Source: Escherichia coli (GTDB taxonomy: Bacteria > Pseudomonadota > Gammaproteobacteria > Enterobacterales > Enterobacteriaceae). Taken from it: DNA of 64,000 nt. The position numbers and the translations under genes are program-made. The stretch lies in NCBI RefSeq assembly GCF_013315695.1, contig NZ_CP054353.1; one strand, written 5' to 3'. This document shows, one piece after another, positions 15,938 to 27,644 of the stretch; the stretch's first letter is position 1, and every line of letters starts with the position of its first letter. The notes beneath the pieces are model-generated. The model ran no database searches and was not told the origin of the DNA. It worked only from the letters and a program-made list of their open reading frames with translations.

Positions 15938-17363
15938 TAATGCCGATCAGTTAAGGATCAGTTGACCGATCCAGTGGCTGTGTAAGAATCCGGAAACGCT
16001 CACTTGTTTCCGGATTTTTTTATGCACATTGGACAGGCTCTTGATCTGGTATCCCGTTACGATTCTCTGCGTAACCCACTGACTTCTCTGGGGGATTACC
16101 TCGACCCCGAACTCATCTCTCGTTGCCTTGCCGAATCAGGTACTGTAACGCTACGCAAGCGCCGTCTTCCCCTCGAAATGATGGTCTGGTGTATTGTTGG
16201 CATGGCGCTTGAGCGTAAAGAACCTCTTCACCAGATTGTGAATCGCCTGGACATCATGCTGCCGGGCAATCGCCCCTTCGTTGCCCCCAGTGCCGTTATT
16301 CAGGCCCGCCAGCGCCTGGGAAGTGAGGCTGTCCGCCGCGTGTTCACGAAAACAGCGCAGCTCTGGCATAACGCCACGCCGCATCCGCACTGGTGCGGCC
16401 TGACCCTGCTGGCCATCGATGGTGTGTTCTGGCGCACACCGGATACACCAGAGAACGATGCAGCCTTCCCCCGCCAGACACATGCCGGGAACCCGGCGCT
16501 CTACCCGCAGGTCAAAATGGTCTGCCAGATGGAACTGACCAGCCATCTGCTGACGGCTGCAGCCTTCGGCACGATGAAGAACAGCGAAAATGAGCTTGCT
16601 GAGCAACTTATAGAACAAACCGGCGATAACACTCTGACGTTAATGGATAAAGGTTATTACTCACTGGGACTGTTAAATGCCTGGAGCCTGGCGGGAGAAC
16701 ACCGCCACTGGATGATACCTCTCAGAAAGGGAGCGCAATATGAAGAGATCAGAAAACTGGGTAAAGGCGATCATCTGGTGAAGCTGAAAACCAGCCCGCA
16801 GGCACGAAAAAAGTGGCCGGGACTGGGAAATGAAGTGACAGCCCGCCTGCTGACCGTGACGCGCAAAGGAAAAGTCTGCCATCTGCTGACGTCGATGACG
16901 GACGCCATGCGCTTCCCCGGAGGAGAAATGGCGGATCTGTACAGTCATCGCTGGGAAATCGAACTGGGATACAGGGAGATAAAACAGACGATGCAACTGA
17001 GCAGGCTGACGCTGAGAAGTAAAAAACCGGAGCTTGTGGAGCAAGAGCTGTGGGGTGTCTTACTGGCTTATAATCTGGTGAGATATCAGATGATTAAAAT
17101 GGCGGAACATCTGAAAGGTTACTGGCCGAATCAACTGAGTTTCTCAGAATCATGCGGAATGGTGATGAGAATGCTGATGACATTGCAGGGCGCTTCACCG
17201 GGACGTATACCGGAGCTGATGCGCGATCTTGCAAGTATGGGACAACTTGTGAAATTACCGACAAGAAGGGAAAGGGCCTTCCCGAGAGTGGTAAAGGAGA
17301 GGCCCTGGAAATACCCCACAGCCCCGAAAAAGAGCCAGTCAGTTGCTTAACTGACTGGCATTA
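15938..17363 (+). mobile_element. IS4 insertion sequence, complete copy (1426 bp)
   Basis: Terminal inverted repeats taatgccgatcagttaag (left) and cttaactgactggcatta (right; 16 of 18 match when reverse-complemented); a single transposase ORF; flanked by an 11-bp direct repeat. Confidence 0.9.
16022..17350 (+). CDS. insG: IS4 transposase (DDE family)
   Basis: 442 aa from the ATG at 16022 ([14 protein letters not shown]...), recognised as IS4-family transposase; the supplied ORF starts 6 codons upstream. Confidence 0.85.
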   Translation: MHIGQALDLVSRYDSLRNPLTSLGDYLDPELISRCLAESGTVTLRKRRLPLEMMVWCIVGMALERKEPLHQIVNRLDIMLPGNRPFVAPSAVIQARQRLGSEAVRRVFTKTAQLWHNATPHPHWCGLTLLAIDGVFWRTPDTPENDAAFPRQTHAGNPALYPQVKMVCQMELTSHLLTAAAFGTMKNSENELAEQLIEQTGDNTLTLMDKGYYSLGLLNAWSLAGEHRHWMIPLRKGAQYEEIRKLGKGDHLVKLKTSPQARKKWPGLGNEVTARLLTVTRKGKVCHLLTSMTDAMRFPGGEMADLYSHRWEIELGYREIKQTMQLSRLTLRSKKPELVEQELWGVLLAYNLVRYQMIKMAEHLKGYWPNQLSFSESCGMVMRMLMTLQGASPGRIPELMRDLASMGQLVKLPTRRERAFPRVVKERPWKYPTAPKKSQSVA

Positions 17364-17374
17364 CACTTCGGTGG
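17364..17374. repeat. Right copy of the 11-bp target-site duplication flanking IS4
   Basis: cacttcggtgg repeated directly after the IS4 right end, followed by cccttttttat, the remainder of the split accA terminator. Confidence 0.85.
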
Positions 17375-17437
17375 CCCTTTTTTATCGCCACGGTTTGAGC
17401 AGGCTATGATTAAGGAAGGATTTTCCAGGAGGAACAC

Positions 17438-19579
17438 ATGAACATCATTGCCATTATGGGACCGCATGGCGTCTTTTATAAAGATGAGCCCATCAAAGAA
17501 CTGGAGTCGGCGCTGGTGGCGCAAGGCTTTCAGATTATCTGGCCACAAAACAGCGTTGATTTGCTGAAATTTATCGAACATAACCCTCGAATTTGCGGCG
17601 TGATTTTTGACTGGGATGAGTACAGTCTCGATTTATGTAGCGATATCAATCAGCTTAATGAATATCTCCCGCTATATGCCTTCATCAACACCCACTCGAC
17701 GATGGATGTCAGCGTGCAGGATATGCGGATGGCGCTCTGGTTTTTTGAATATGCGCTGGGGCAGGCGGAAGATATCGCCATTCGTATGCGTCAGTACACC
17801 AACGAATATCTTGATAACATTACACCGCCGTTCACGAAAGCCTTGTTTACCTACGTCAAAGAGCGGAAGTACACCTTTTGTACGCCGGGTCATATGGGCG
17901 GCACCGCATATCAAAAAAGCCCGGTTGGCTGTCTGTTTTATGATTTTTTCGGCGGGAATACTCTTAAGGCTGATGTCTCTATTTCGGTTACCGAGCTTGG
18001 TTCGTTGCTCGACCACACCGGGCCACACCTGGAAGCGGAAGAGTACATCGCGCGGACTTTTGGCGCGGAACAGAGTTATATCGTTACCAACGGAACATCG
18101 ACGTCGAACAAAATTGTGGGTATGTACGCCGCGCCATCCGGCAGTACGCTGTTGATCGACCGCAATTGTCATAAATCGCTGGCGCATCTGTTAATGATGA
18201 ACGATGTAGTGCCAGTCTGGCTGAAACCGACGCGTAATGCGTTGGGGATTCTTGGTGGGATCCCGCGCCGTGAATTTACTCGCGACAGCATCGAAGAGAA
18301 AGTCGCTGCTACCACGCAAGCACAATGGCCGGTTCATGCGGTGATTACCAACTCCACCTATGATGGCTTGCTCTACAACACCGACTGGATCAAACAGACG
18401 CTGGATGTCCCGTCGATTCACTTCGATTCTGCCTGGGTGCCGTACACCCATTTTCATCCGATCTACCAGGGTAAAAGTGGTATGAGCGGCGAGCGTGTTG
18501 CGGGAAAAGTGATCTTCGAAACGCAATCGACCCACAAAATGCTGGCGGCGTTATCGCAGGCTTCGCTGATCCACATTAAAGGCGAGTATGACGAAGAGGC
18601 GTTTAACGAAGCCTTTATGATGCATACCACCACCTCGCCCAGTTATCCCATTGTTGCTTCGGTTGAGACGGCGGCGGCGATGCTGCGTGGTAATCCGGGC
18701 AAACGGCTGATTAACCGTTCGGTGGAGCGGGCGCTGCATTTTCGCAAAGAGGTCCAGCGGCTGCGGGAAGAGTCTGACGGTTGGTTTTTCGATATCTGGC
18801 AACCGCCGCAGGTGGATGAAGCCGAATGCTGGCCCGTTGCGCCTGGCGAACAGTGGCACGGCTTTAACGATGCGGATGCCGATCATATGTTTCTCGATCC
18901 GGTTAAAGTCACTATTTTGACACCGGGGATGGACGAGCAGGGCAATATGAGCGAGGAGGGGATCCCGGCGGCGCTGGTGGCAAAATTCCTCGACGAACGT
19001 GGGATCGTAGTAGAGAAAACCGGCCCTTATAACCTGCTGTTTCTCTTTAGTATTGGCATCGATAAAACCAAAGCAATGGGATTATTGCGTGGGTTGACGG
19101 AATTTAAGCGCTCTTACGATCTCAACCTGCGGATCAAAAATATGCTGCCCGATCTCTATGCAGAAGATCCCGATTTCTACCGCAGTATGCGTATTCAGGA
19201 TCTGGCGCAAGGGATCCATAAGCTGATTCGTAAACACGATCTTCCCGGTTTGATGTTGCGGGCATTTGATACCTTGCCGGAGATGATCATGACGCCACAT
19301 CAGGCATGGCAGAGACAGATTAAAGGTGAAGTAGAAACCATTGCGCTGGAACAACTGGTCGGTAGAGTATCGGCAAATATGATCCTGCCTTATCCACCCG
19401 GCGTACCGCTGTTGATGCCTGGAGAAATGCTGACCGAAGAGAGCCGCACGGTACTCGATTTTCTACTGATGCTTTGTTCCGTAGGGCAACATTACCCCGG
19501 TTTTGAAACGGATATTCACGGCGCGAAACAGGACGAAGACGGCATTTACCGCGTACGAGTCCTAAAAATGGCGGGATAA
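17438..19579 (+). CDS. ldcC: Lysine decarboxylase, constitutive
   Basis: 713-aa PLP-dependent Orn/Lys/Arg decarboxylase; GGAGG ribosome-binding site upstream; synteny after accA. Confidence 0.93.
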   Translation: MNIIAIMGPHGVFYKDEPIKELESALVAQGFQIIWPQNSVDLLKFIEHNPRICGVIFDWDEYSLDLCSDINQLNEYLPLYAFINTHSTMDVSVQDMRMALWFFEYALGQAEDIAIRMRQYTNEYLDNITPPFTKALFTYVKERKYTFCTPGHMGGTAYQKSPVGCLFYDFFGGNTLKADVSISVTELGSLLDHTGPHLEAEEYIARTFGAEQSYIVTNGTSTSNKIVGMYAAPSGSTLLIDRNCHKSLAHLLMMNDVVPVWLKPTRNALGILGGIPRREFTRDSIEEKVAATTQAQWPVHAVITNSTYDGLLYNTDWIKQTLDVPSIHFDSAWVPYTHFHPIYQGKSGMSGERVAGKVIFETQSTHKMLAALSQASLIHIKGEYDEEAFNEAFMMHTTTSPSYPIVASVETAAAMLRGNPGKRLINRSVERALHFRKEVQRLREESDGWFFDIWQPPQVDEAECWPVAPGEQWHGFNDADADHMFLDPVKVTILTPGMDEQGNMSEEGIPAALVAKFLDERGIVVEKTGPYNLLFLFSIGIDKTKAMGLLRGLTEFKRSYDLNLRIKNMLPDLYAEDPDFYRSMRIQDLAQGIHKLIRKHDLPGLMLRAFDTLPEMIMTPHQAWQRQIKGEVETIALEQLVGRVSANMILPYPPGVPLLMPGEMLTEESRTVLDFLLMLCSVGQHYPGFETDIHGAKQDEDGIYRVRVLKMAG

Positions 19580-19635
19580 CTTGCCAGAGCGGCTTCCGGG
19601 CGAGTAACGTGCTGTTAACAAATAAAGGAGACGTT

Positions 19636-20025
19636 ATGCTGGGTTTAAAACAGGTTCACCATATTGCGATTATTGCGACGGATTATGCGGTGAGCAAAGC
19701 GTTTTACTGCGATATTCTTGGTTTCACGCTGCAAAGCGAAGTCTATCGCGAAGCGCGCGATTCGTGGAAAGGGGATTTGGCGCTTAATGGGCAATATGTG
19801 ATTGAGCTTTTCTCATTTCCGTTCCCGCCGGAGCGCCCCAGCCGACCGGAAGCTTGCGGCCTGCGTCATCTGGCTTTTAGCGTTGATGATATCGATGCGG
19901 CAGTGGCGTACCTTGAAAGCCATAACGTGAAGTGTGAAGCCATCCGTGTCGATCCCTACACGCAAAAACGCTTCACGTTCTTTAACGATCCGGACGGACT
20001 GCCGTTGGAACTGTATGAGCAGTAA
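19636..20025 (+). CDS. yaeR: Glyoxalase/VOC family protein
   Basis: 129 aa from the internal ATG (MLGLKQVHH...); the supplied ORF starts 9 codons upstream. Confidence 0.85.
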   Translation: MLGLKQVHHIAIIATDYAVSKAFYCDILGFTLQSEVYREARDSWKGDLALNGQYVIELFSFPFPPERPSRPEACGLRHLAFSVDDIDAAVAYLESHNVKCEAIRVDPYTQKRFTFFNDPDGLPLELYEQ

Positions 20026-20089
20026 GGCTTGTCATCGCCATATTTGCCCGGTAACGTGCCGGGCATTGCTACTGTAAAATCGCATCATC

Positions 20090-21403
20090 ATGACACTCAC
20101 GCTCAATAGACAACTTCTCTCCTCACGCCAGATTCTGGTGGCCTTTAGCGGCGGGCTTGACTCCACCGTTCTGCTGCATCAGTTGGTGCAGTGGCGGACG
20201 GAAAATCCGGGCGTCACTCTACGCGCTATCCATGTGCATCACGGTTTAAGTGCCAATGCCGATGCCTGGGTTACGCATTGCGAAAACATCTGCCAACAGT
20301 TGCAGGTGCCGCTGGTGGTCGAGCGCGTGCAACTTGCGCAAGAAGGACTGGGCATTGAGGCCCAGGCGCGGCAGGTGCGTTATCAGGCATTTGCTCGTAC
20401 CCTGTTACCCGGTGAAGTGCTGGTCACCGCGCAACATCTCGACGATCAATGTGAAACCTTTCTGCTGGCGCTAAAACGCGGTAGCGGCCCTGCCGGGCTT
20501 TCGGCTATGGGGGAAGTTTCGGAGTTTGCCGGAACACAGCTTATCCGCCCGTTGCTCGCCCGCACGCGGGGGGAACTGGAGCAGTGGGCATTGGCGCATG
20601 GTTTACGCTGGATTGAAGACGAAAGTAATCAGGACGACTCATACGATCGTAACTTTCTGCGCCTGCGCGTAGTGCCGTTATTGCAGCAGCGTTGGCCGCA
20701 TTTTGCCGAAGCAACGGCCCGCAGCGCTGCACTTTGTGCTGAGCAAGAGAGCCTGCTGGATGAACTGCTGGCAGATGATTTAGCACACTGCCAAACGCCG
20801 CAGGGGACGCTGCAGATTGCGCCAATGCTGGCGATGAGTGATGCCCGTCGCGCGGCGATTATCCGCCGCTGGCTGGCAGGGCAGAATGCACCGATGCCTT
20901 CCCGCGACGCGTTGGTGCGGATCTGGCAGGAAGTGGCGCTGGCGCGAGAAGATGCTTCCCCCTGTTTACGTTTGGGGGCGTTTGAAATCCGCCGCTATCA
21001 ATCGCAACTGTGGTGGATTAAATCCGTCACTGGGCAAAGCGAAACCATTCTGCCGTGGCAGACGTGGCTACAACCGCTGGAATTACCGGCGGCGCTGGGA
21101 AGTGTACAGCTTACTGCAGGAGGCGATATTCGCCCTCCGCGTGCAGACGAAGCGGTCAGCGTGCGTTTCAAAGCGCCTGGATTGCTACATATTGTCGGGC
21201 GCAATGGTGGGCGTAAGTTAAAGAAAATCTGGCAAGAGTTAGGCGTTCCGCCGTGGCTACGTGACACCACGCCACTGCTGTTTTATGGCGAAACGCTGAT
21301 TGCGGCGGCAGGGGTATTTGTGACGCAAGAAGGTGTGGCTGAAGGTGAGAATGGCATAAGTTTTGTCTGGCAGAAAACGCTTAGTCAAGTGAAAGCCGGA
21401 TAA
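20090..21403 (+). CDS. tilS: tRNA(Ile)-lysidine synthetase
   Basis: 437-aa ORF with N-terminal SGGxDS PP-loop ATPase motif. Confidence 0.92.
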   Translation: MTLTLNRQLLSSRQILVAFSGGLDSTVLLHQLVQWRTENPGVTLRAIHVHHGLSANADAWVTHCENICQQLQVPLVVERVQLAQEGLGIEAQARQVRYQAFARTLLPGEVLVTAQHLDDQCETFLLALKRGSGPAGLSAMGEVSEFAGTQLIRPLLARTRGELEQWALAHGLRWIEDESNQDDSYDRNFLRLRVVPLLQQRWPHFAEATARSAALCAEQESLLDELLADDLAHCQTPQGTLQIAPMLAMSDARRAAIIRRWLAGQNAPMPSRDALVRIWQEVALAREDASPCLRLGAFEIRRYQSQLWWIKSVTGQSETILPWQTWLQPLELPAALGSVQLTAGGDIRPPRADEAVSVRFKAPGLLHIVGRNGGRKLKKIWQELGVPPWLRDTTPLLFYGETLIAAAGVFVTQEGVAEGENGISFVWQKTLSQVKAG

Positions 21404-21436
21404 GACGCATCAAACGTCGCATCCGGCGAAAGTCAA

Positions 21437-21697
21437 TCAGGACTCGCTCACCACCACCGTACCGATTTCCGGGTGGCTAAAGCTGGTAATTTTATCCAGA
21501 CGCAGCTCGCGGGTTGTACCAGCGGCCTCGACGACCAGATACTCCACATTTTTGCGGGAGACTAAATTGCTGGCCTTCGCCTGCAATTTTTCGCCATCTT
21601 TCAGCTCAAGTGTCAGCATTAAATGATGCTGGCAGGCGAGCTCAAGATTATCGTAATCATCACAATTGATTGGTTGATACGTATCATTCATTGACAT
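21437..21697 (-). CDS. rof: Rho-binding anti-termination protein Rof
   Basis: 86-aa ORF ([23 protein letters not shown]...). Confidence 0.88.
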
Positions 21698-21884
21698 AAT
21701 CGCTCACCAGTAAGTTTGCCGCAGCGTATGCTGCTTTTTCCCTGACAGCCTCAGAAAGGGCGTCGTCGGCAGCCATTTCATTCAGCACTTTCAAAACGCA
21801 GCCCAGCGCGTCCGGAACGTATCCTAAGTCTCCGCTGGCGATTTCCGCGTACCGCTTGCGTATTAACTCACAATATTTTTCCAC
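21684..21884 (-). CDS. yaeP: Small protein YaeP
   Basis: 66 aa from the internal Met; overlaps the rof start by 14 nt. Confidence 0.8.
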
Positions 21885-22049
21885 ATGCCCTCCTGTCAGC
21901 ACTCTGACTTAACCGTGGATGCAAGTCTAAGCCTACGAAGATAAACTCTGTTTCGCAAGGTGACTATACCACACTCATTTCTGCAATATCAGCGTCGCAA
22001 CTGCACGTATTCCGTTACAATGGCCTCCTGATTCGAAAGGAGTTTTCTT

Positions 22050-22595
22050 ATGGCGCTTAAAGCGACAATTTATAAAGCGACGGTTAATGTGGCCGATCTC
22101 GACCGCAACCAGTTTCTCGATGCCTCTCTGACGCTGGCGCGCCATCCTTCAGAAACCCAGGAGCGTATGATGCTGCGCCTGCTGGCGTGGCTAAAATATG
22201 CCGATGAACGTCTGCAATTTACCCGTGGTTTGTGTGCCGATGATGAGCCGGAAGCGTGGCTGCGTAACGATCATTTGGGTATTGATTTGTGGATTGAGCT
22301 GGGGCTGCCGGATGAGCGACGGATTAAGAAAGCCTGCACCCAGGCCGCAGAAGTGGCGCTGTTTGCCTATAATAGTCGGGCGGCGCAAATCTGGTGGCAG
22401 CAAAATCAGAGCAAATGTGCGCAGTTTGCCAATCTTTCCGTCTGGTATCTGGACGATGAACAACTGGCGAAAGTGAGCGCCTTTGCCGATCGTACCATGA
22501 CGCTGCAGGCAACGATTCAGGATGGCGTGATCTGGTTATCAGATGATAAGAATAATCTGGAAGTGAACTTAACCGTCTGGCAACAACCTTCATGA
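22050..22595 (+). CDS. yaeQ: YaeQ family protein
   Basis: 181-aa ORF; synteny. Confidence 0.88.
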   Translation: MALKATIYKATVNVADLDRNQFLDASLTLARHPSETQERMMLRLLAWLKYADERLQFTRGLCADDEPEAWLRNDHLGIDLWIELGLPDERRIKKACTQAAEVALFAYNSRAAQIWWQQNQSKCAQFANLSVWYLDDEQLAKVSAFADRTMTLQATIQDGVIWLSDDKNNLEVNLTVWQQPS

Positions 22596-23014
22596 TTGTG
22601 ATTTCCCGACATGTTGCTATCCCCGATGGTGAGCTTGAGATCACCGCCATTCGTGCGCAGGGCGCGGGCGGGCAGCATGTTAATAAGACCTCAACGGCTA
22701 TTCATCTGCGTTTTGACATTCGGGCGTCCAGCCTGCCAGAGTATTACAAAGAGCGTCTGCTCGCCGCCAGCCATCATTTGATCAGCAGTGACGGAGTGAT
22801 TGTCATTAAGGCACAGGAATACCGCAGTCAGGAACTGAACCGCGAAGCGGCGCTGGCCCGGCTGGTGGCAGTGATTAAAGATTTAACAACAGAACAAAAA
22901 GCCCGACGACCTACGCGGCCCACCCGTGCATCGAAAGAGCGCAGGCTGGCATCGAAAGCACAAAAATCAAGCGTGAAGGCGATGCGCGGCAAAGTGCGCA
23001 GCGGTCGGGAATAA
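22592..23014 (+). CDS. arfB: Peptidyl-tRNA hydrolase ArfB (alternative ribosome rescue factor B)
   Basis: 140-aa ORF with GGQ motif ([12 protein letters not shown]) and basic C-terminal tail. Confidence 0.92.
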   Translation: MIVISRHVAIPDGELEITAIRAQGAGGQHVNKTSTAIHLRFDIRASSLPEYYKERLLAASHHLISSDGVIVIKAQEYRSQELNREAALARLVAVIKDLTTEQKARRPTRPTRASKERRLASKAQKSSVKAMRGKVRSGRE

Positions 23015-23027
23015 AAAGAAGGAATGG

Positions 23028-23738
23028 ATGGTGAAAAAAGCGATAGTGACAGCGATGGCTGTAATCAGCCTCTTTACTCTGATGGGATGTAATAATCGGG
23101 CCGAAGTCGACACGCTTTCTCCGGCGCAGGCTGCCGAACTGAAACCGATGCCGCAAAGTTGGCGCGGCGTGCTGCCGTGTGCCGATTGCGAAGGGATCGA
23201 AACCTCTTTGTTCCTCGAAAAAGATGGAACCTGGGTGATGAATGAACGCTATCTTGGTGCGCGTGAAGAGCCTTCCTCTTTCGCTTCCTACGGTACATGG
23301 GCGCGAACCGCTGACAAGCTGGTATTAACCGACAGCAAAGGTGAAAAGTCATATTATCGGGCGAAAGGAGATGCGCTGGAGATGCTCGATCGTGAAGGTA
23401 ATCCGATTGAATCGCAGTTCAACTATACGCTGGAACCGGCACAATCCAGTTTACCCATGACGCCGATGACCCTGCGGGGCATGTATTTTTATATGGCTGA
23501 TGCGGCGACCTTCACTGATTGCGCGACCGGAAAACGTTTCATGGTAGCGAATAACGCAGAGCTGGAGCGTGGCTACCTGGCTGCGCGCGGTCATAGTGAA
23601 AAACCGATGTTACTGTCATTAGAAGGGCACTTTACGCTTGAGGCTAATCCGGATACCGGTGCGCCAACCAAAGTATTAGCGCCCGATACGGCAGGTAAAT
23701 TTTACCCGAACCAGGAATGCAGTAGTTTGGAGCAGTAA
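23028..23738 (+). CDS. nlpE: Outer-membrane lipoprotein NlpE (Cpx pathway sensor)
   Basis: 236-aa ORF with lipoprotein signal peptide (lipobox LMGC) and CxxC motif. Confidence 0.92.
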   Translation: MVKKAIVTAMAVISLFTLMGCNNRAEVDTLSPAQAAELKPMPQSWRGVLPCADCEGIETSLFLEKDGTWVMNERYLGAREEPSSFASYGTWARTADKLVLTDSKGEKSYYRAKGDALEMLDREGNPIESQFNYTLEPAQSSLPMTPMTLRGMYFYMADAATFTDCATGKRFMVANNAELERGYLAARGHSEKPMLLSLEGHFTLEANPDTGAPTKVLAPDTAGKFYPNQECSSLEQ

Positions 23739-23767
23739 TTGAACGCCGGAGCATTCTCCGGCTTTTA

Positions 23768-24592
23768 TCACCGAGTCAGCCCAACAAAGCGGCCTGCCTT
23801 GATATAAATCCCAGGCTTCATGTGCCCAACATACTGTAACTGCGTTTCTGGCTTAAACGCAGAGATATCGCCAGTACGCATATGCATCAGATCGGCAGGG
23901 CTAATCCAGCCTGATTGCGCCAGCGTAAGCGGATGCCCGGCTTTGGCAAATGCATCAGTGACAAATTCCGAACAAAACCACGACTTTTTGTCTCCTTCGC
24001 CCATACTGCTTAACTGCGCTTTCGCCAGGCCGCTGACGCACTGTTGACGAAAATCCTCGGAGAATGGATTTAGTGAGCACATCTGGCGAGTCACCATAAA
24101 TGGAATAAATTCGACAATGCCGCGATAGTTGTAACCGCTATCTTTAATTTTGTTGGCGAACGCGGTGATTTCTGTGGCTTGTTGCGGGGTAAGATCCGGG
24201 ACTCGTAAGACGAAAAGCTTATCACTATGCTTTATGGCTTTTTTAAGGGAAACAATCTGGACGCCAGCGCCTGTCGCTTCGGCAACGTTGTTATCTCCCA
24301 AATAGATTGCAACGTGACTCACAGAGGAAGTGCTGAATACGCGGATACCAAATGAGGTTACCCCAAGGCTTGAGGAGAAAAGCAAATCGCCGGGTTTGAG
24401 ATCTGGTTCCGTTATTTCTTTTATTGATTGTTCGGTGAAAGAGCTTTGATGCTGGAATTTAACAGCCCATGTTTTCGCCTCGGCATTTACCACTGTGGCT
24501 GATGAGTCTGGCTGGCTGATATCAACGGTACAGGCCGAAAGTACAAGAAAGCAGGGGAAAAGCAGGCGGCAGTACGCCTTTGGTTTATCCAT
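23768..24592 (-). CDS. yaeF: NlpC/P60-family lipoprotein YaeF
   Basis: 274 aa from MDKPK; lipobox LSAC; the supplied ORF is 3 codons longer. Confidence 0.85.
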   Translation of the reverse strand: MDKPKAYCRLLFPCFLVLSACTVDISQPDSSATVVNAEAKTWAVKFQHQSSFTEQSIKEITEPDLKPGDLLFSSSLGVTSFGIRVFSTSSVSHVAIYLGDNNVAEATGAGVQIVSLKKAIKHSDKLFVLRVPDLTPQQATEITAFANKIKDSGYNYRGIVEFIPFMVTRQMCSLNPFSEDFRQQCVSGLAKAQLSSMGEGDKKSWFCSEFVTDAFAKAGHPLTLAQSGWISPADLMHMRTGDISAFKPETQLQYVGHMKPGIYIKAGRFVGLTR

Positions 24593-24644
24593 TTTATACA
24601 ATCCATGTAAAAAAGGGCCCCGAAATTCAGGACCCTTTCTGGCA

Positions 24645-26363
24645 TCAGCCTTTAATCTGTTTCACCAGATAATCGACGATGTCACCAGTCTTAATTAACT
24701 GTTTCTCGCCGTTACGACGATATTTATATTCGATATCATCGTTGTCGAGGTTACGGTCGCCCAGCACAATAGTGTGCGGAATACCGATCAGTTCCATATC
24801 AGCAAACATCACGCCCGGACGCTCTTTGCGGTCATCCAGCAGCACTTCGATACCTTGTGCGCGCAGTTCGCTGTACAGTTTCTCAGCAAGTTCCTGTACG
24901 CGGAAGGATTTGTGCATGTTCATTGGCAGAATCGCCACCTGGAACGGCGCGATAGCGTCAGGCCATACGATGCCGCGTTCGTCGTAGTTCTGCTCAATCG
25001 CCGCTGCTACCACACGCGTTACACCGATACCGTAGCAACCCATCGTCAGGATTTGGTTACGGCCATCTTCACCCTGTACGGAGGCTTTCAGTGCTTCGGA
25101 GTACTTGGTACCCAGCTGGAAGATGTGACCGACTTCGATACCACGTTTGATCAGCAGCGTACCCTGACCATCCGGGCTTGGATCGCCAGCCACCACGTTG
25201 CGGATATCAGCAATTTCCGGGGTAGCGACATCGCGATCCCAGTTGATACCGAAGTAGTGTTTACCATCGATGTTAGCACCAGCAGCGAAATCACTCATCG
25301 CCGCAACGGTACGGTCAATCACCACCGGAATCGGCATGTTTACCGGACCCAGTGAACCCGGACCGGCTTTAACCACGGCACGAATTTCTTCTTCGGTCGC
25401 AAAAGTCAGTGGGCTGGCAACCTGCGGCAGTTTTTCTGCTTTAACTTCGTTCAGCTCGTGGTCACCACGCACCAGCAGCGCAACCAGCGGGAAGCTACTG
25501 CCTTCAACCGCTTTAACCAGCAGAGTCTTCACCGTTTTCTCAATCGGCAGATTGAACTGTTCAACCAGTTCCGCGATGGTTTTCGCGTTCGGCGTATCAA
25601 CCAGCGTCATTTCCTGGGTAGCAGCAGCGCGCGGTTCTTTCGGCGCGATAGCTTCTGCCAGCTCAATGTTCGCTGCATAGTCAGAGGTGTCGGAGAAGAC
25701 CACATCGTCTTCACCGCTCTGCGCCAGCACCTGGAATTCGTGAGAGGCGCTACCGCCGATAGAACCGGTGTCGGCCTGTACGGCGCGGAAATCCAGCCCC
25801 ATGCGGCTGAAGATTTTGCTGTAGGCCGCATACATTGCATCGTAGGTTTCCTGCAGGGATTCCTGAGAAGTATGGAAAGAGTAAGCATCTTTCATCAGGA
25901 ATTCGCGGGAACGCATGACGCCGAAACGCGGACGCACTTCGTCGCGGAACTTGGTCTGGATCTGATAGAAGTTCAGCGGCAGCTGTTTGTAAGAGCTCAG
26001 CTCGTTACGAATCAGGTCAGTGATAACTTCTTCATGAGTTGGGCCGAGTACGAACGGACGCTCGCCACGGTCAACAAAACGCAGCAGTTCCGGACCGTAC
26101 TGTTCCCAACGACCACTCTCTTGCCACAAATCGGCTGGCTGAACCACCGGCATTAACACCTCGATCGCACCGGCGTTGTTCATCTCTTCACGCACGATGT
26201 TTTCGACTTTTTTCAGAACGCGCACGCCGGTCGGCAGCCAGGTATATAACCCGGAGGCCAGCTTGCGGATCATCCCGGCGCGCAGCATCAGCTGATGGCT
26301 GATCACCTCGGCGTCGGCAGGTGTCTCCTTGAGAGTGGAGAGCAGGTATTGGCTAGTACGCAT
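24645..26363 (-). CDS. proS: Prolyl-tRNA synthetase
   Basis: 572 aa from the internal Met ([13 protein letters not shown]...); the supplied ORF carries an 18-codon upstream extension. Confidence 0.95.
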   Translation of the reverse strand: MRTSQYLLSTLKETPADAEVISHQLMLRAGMIRKLASGLYTWLPTGVRVLKKVENIVREEMNNAGAIEVLMPVVQPADLWQESGRWEQYGPELLRFVDRGERPFVLGPTHEEVITDLIRNELSSYKQLPLNFYQIQTKFRDEVRPRFGVMRSREFLMKDAYSFHTSQESLQETYDAMYAAYSKIFSRMGLDFRAVQADTGSIGGSASHEFQVLAQSGEDDVVFSDTSDYAANIELAEAIAPKEPRAAATQEMTLVDTPNAKTIAELVEQFNLPIEKTVKTLLVKAVEGSSFPLVALLVRGDHELNEVKAEKLPQVASPLTFATEEEIRAVVKAGPGSLGPVNMPIPVVIDRTVAAMSDFAAGANIDGKHYFGINWDRDVATPEIADIRNVVAGDPSPDGQGTLLIKRGIEVGHIFQLGTKYSEALKASVQGEDGRNQILTMGCYGIGVTRVVAAAIEQNYDERGIVWPDAIAPFQVAILPMNMHKSFRVQELAEKLYSELRAQGIEVLLDDRKERPGVMFADMELIGIPHTIVLGDRNLDNDDIEYKYRRNGEKQLIKTGDIVDYLVKQIKG

Positions 26364-26473
26364 GTTGTTACGGTTCCAGTTGGAAGGTAGAACAGGCTCA
26401 AGGCGAGCCTGGGACAAAAAAAGTGATTTAGTTTACCAGTGCAAAAGAAATGTCAAAAGAGAAGGGCGTGAAT

Positions 26474-27181
26474 TTAACGCGGTTCCAGCGCAAAGACTTC
26501 AAAACCTGCGTCGGTGACGCGCCAGCGAACATTAAAATCATGCAGCCAGACGGCATAGGTTTTGCCCGTTTCCTCACCTTTACGATAGGCCGGGCGCGGG
26601 TCCTGCGCCAGTACTTCGCGGATAAACAGCGTTAACTGCGGATAACGCTTCTCCAGCGTCAAAAGCTGCTTTTCGACCTCTGCGGTAAAACACACCGCCA
26701 TTTCTGCCGCTGGCGCACTTTGCGCATAGCTGGCACTGGCATCGGGAAGCGATTCGGCAAAGGGGAGATACGGTTTGATATCCACTACCGGCGTACCATC
26801 GACCAGATCCAGACTGCCGAGCTTCAGAATCACGCTGTCTTTATGGCAAACAACCTCTTTCAGCTCTACCAGCGACATACCAATTGGGTTAGGGCGAAAA
26901 GTGGAGCGCGTAGCGAAAACACCCATTCTGGCATTACCGCCAAGACGAGGCGGACGCACAGTCGGACGCCAGCCGCCTTCCATCGTTTGATGAAAGACGA
27001 AAAGGATCCATAAATGGCTGAATGCTTCCAGGCCGCGAACGGCGTCGGCCTGGTTGTAGGGAGCAATGAGATGTAGTTCGCCGTTGGCGCTTTTTACCAG
27101 ACCTGGCTGGCGCGGAACGGCGAATTTTTCTTTATAGGGCGAGCGAATAACGCCTATTTGCTCGAACTGGAAACTGCTCAT
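26474..27181 (-). CDS. trmO: tRNA (adenine37-N6)-methyltransferase (YaeB/TsaA family)
   Basis: 235-aa ORF (MSSFQFEQIGVIRSPYKEKF...); synteny. Confidence 0.88.
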   Translation of the reverse strand: MSSFQFEQIGVIRSPYKEKFAVPRQPGLVKSANGELHLIAPYNQADAVRGLEAFSHLWILFVFHQTMEGGWRPTVRPPRLGGNARMGVFATRSTFRPNPIGMSLVELKEVVCHKDSVILKLGSLDLVDGTPVVDIKPYLPFAESLPDASASYAQSAPAAEMAVCFTAEVEKQLLTLEKRYPQLTLFIREVLAQDPRPAYRKGEETGKTYAVWLHDFNVRWRVTDAGFEVFALEPR

Positions 27182-27582
27182 TTCGCCGTGATGTTAAGCG
27201 CAGAACCGATACATACAGCCTGACGATAGCAGCCTGGCGTACCGCTGGTGACTTCGCAGCTATGCAGTAATACCGCATTGGCTTTCATTTTCGAGGCGTT
27301 GATTTGCATCCGCTTACGTGCGGTTGGAATGCTCGGCGGAGAGTCCTGATTAGAGGCCTGGCAAGAGTCGCCACTGACTTCACCGAGATCGCGGAACGGT
27401 TTGCCGACTAATTCTTCTGCATTGGTATAAATTCGGACCGGCGTGGCGCGCGGCGCTTTCGGTTTTGCAGGCTCCGCTTTCGGCTGGGGTGCAGTGCTTT
27501 GAACGGGTTCGACAGGGGATCTGCTTAACATGGAACAGCCGCTTAGCATGAGTGCTACTAAACAGATCGGTAAAGCACGCAT
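27178..27582 (-). CDS. rcsF: Outer-membrane lipoprotein RcsF (Rcs phosphorelay sensor)
   Basis: 134-aa ORF with lipobox LSGC and a proline/lysine-rich linker; its stop overlaps the trmO start. Confidence 0.93.
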   Translation of the reverse strand: MRALPICLVALMLSGCSMLSRSPVEPVQSTAPQPKAEPAKPKAPRATPVRIYTNAEELVGKPFRDLGEVSGDSCQASNQDSPPSIPTARKRMQINASKMKANAVLLHSCEVTSGTPGCYRQAVCIGSALNITAK

Positions 27583-27644
27583 AGTATTTCCTCAATGTAT
27601 GATCAAAACGTCAATATTGAATCAGGCGCTTGTAAAAATGACAA

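Noticed and set aside
21404-21436. Possible REP-like palindrome after tilS (gacgcatcaaacgtcgcatccggcg)
   Set aside because: Too short and imperfect to call confidently as either a REP unit or a terminator.
25458-26156. 232-aa plus-strand ORF
   Set aside because: Antisense to proS; no support as an independent gene.
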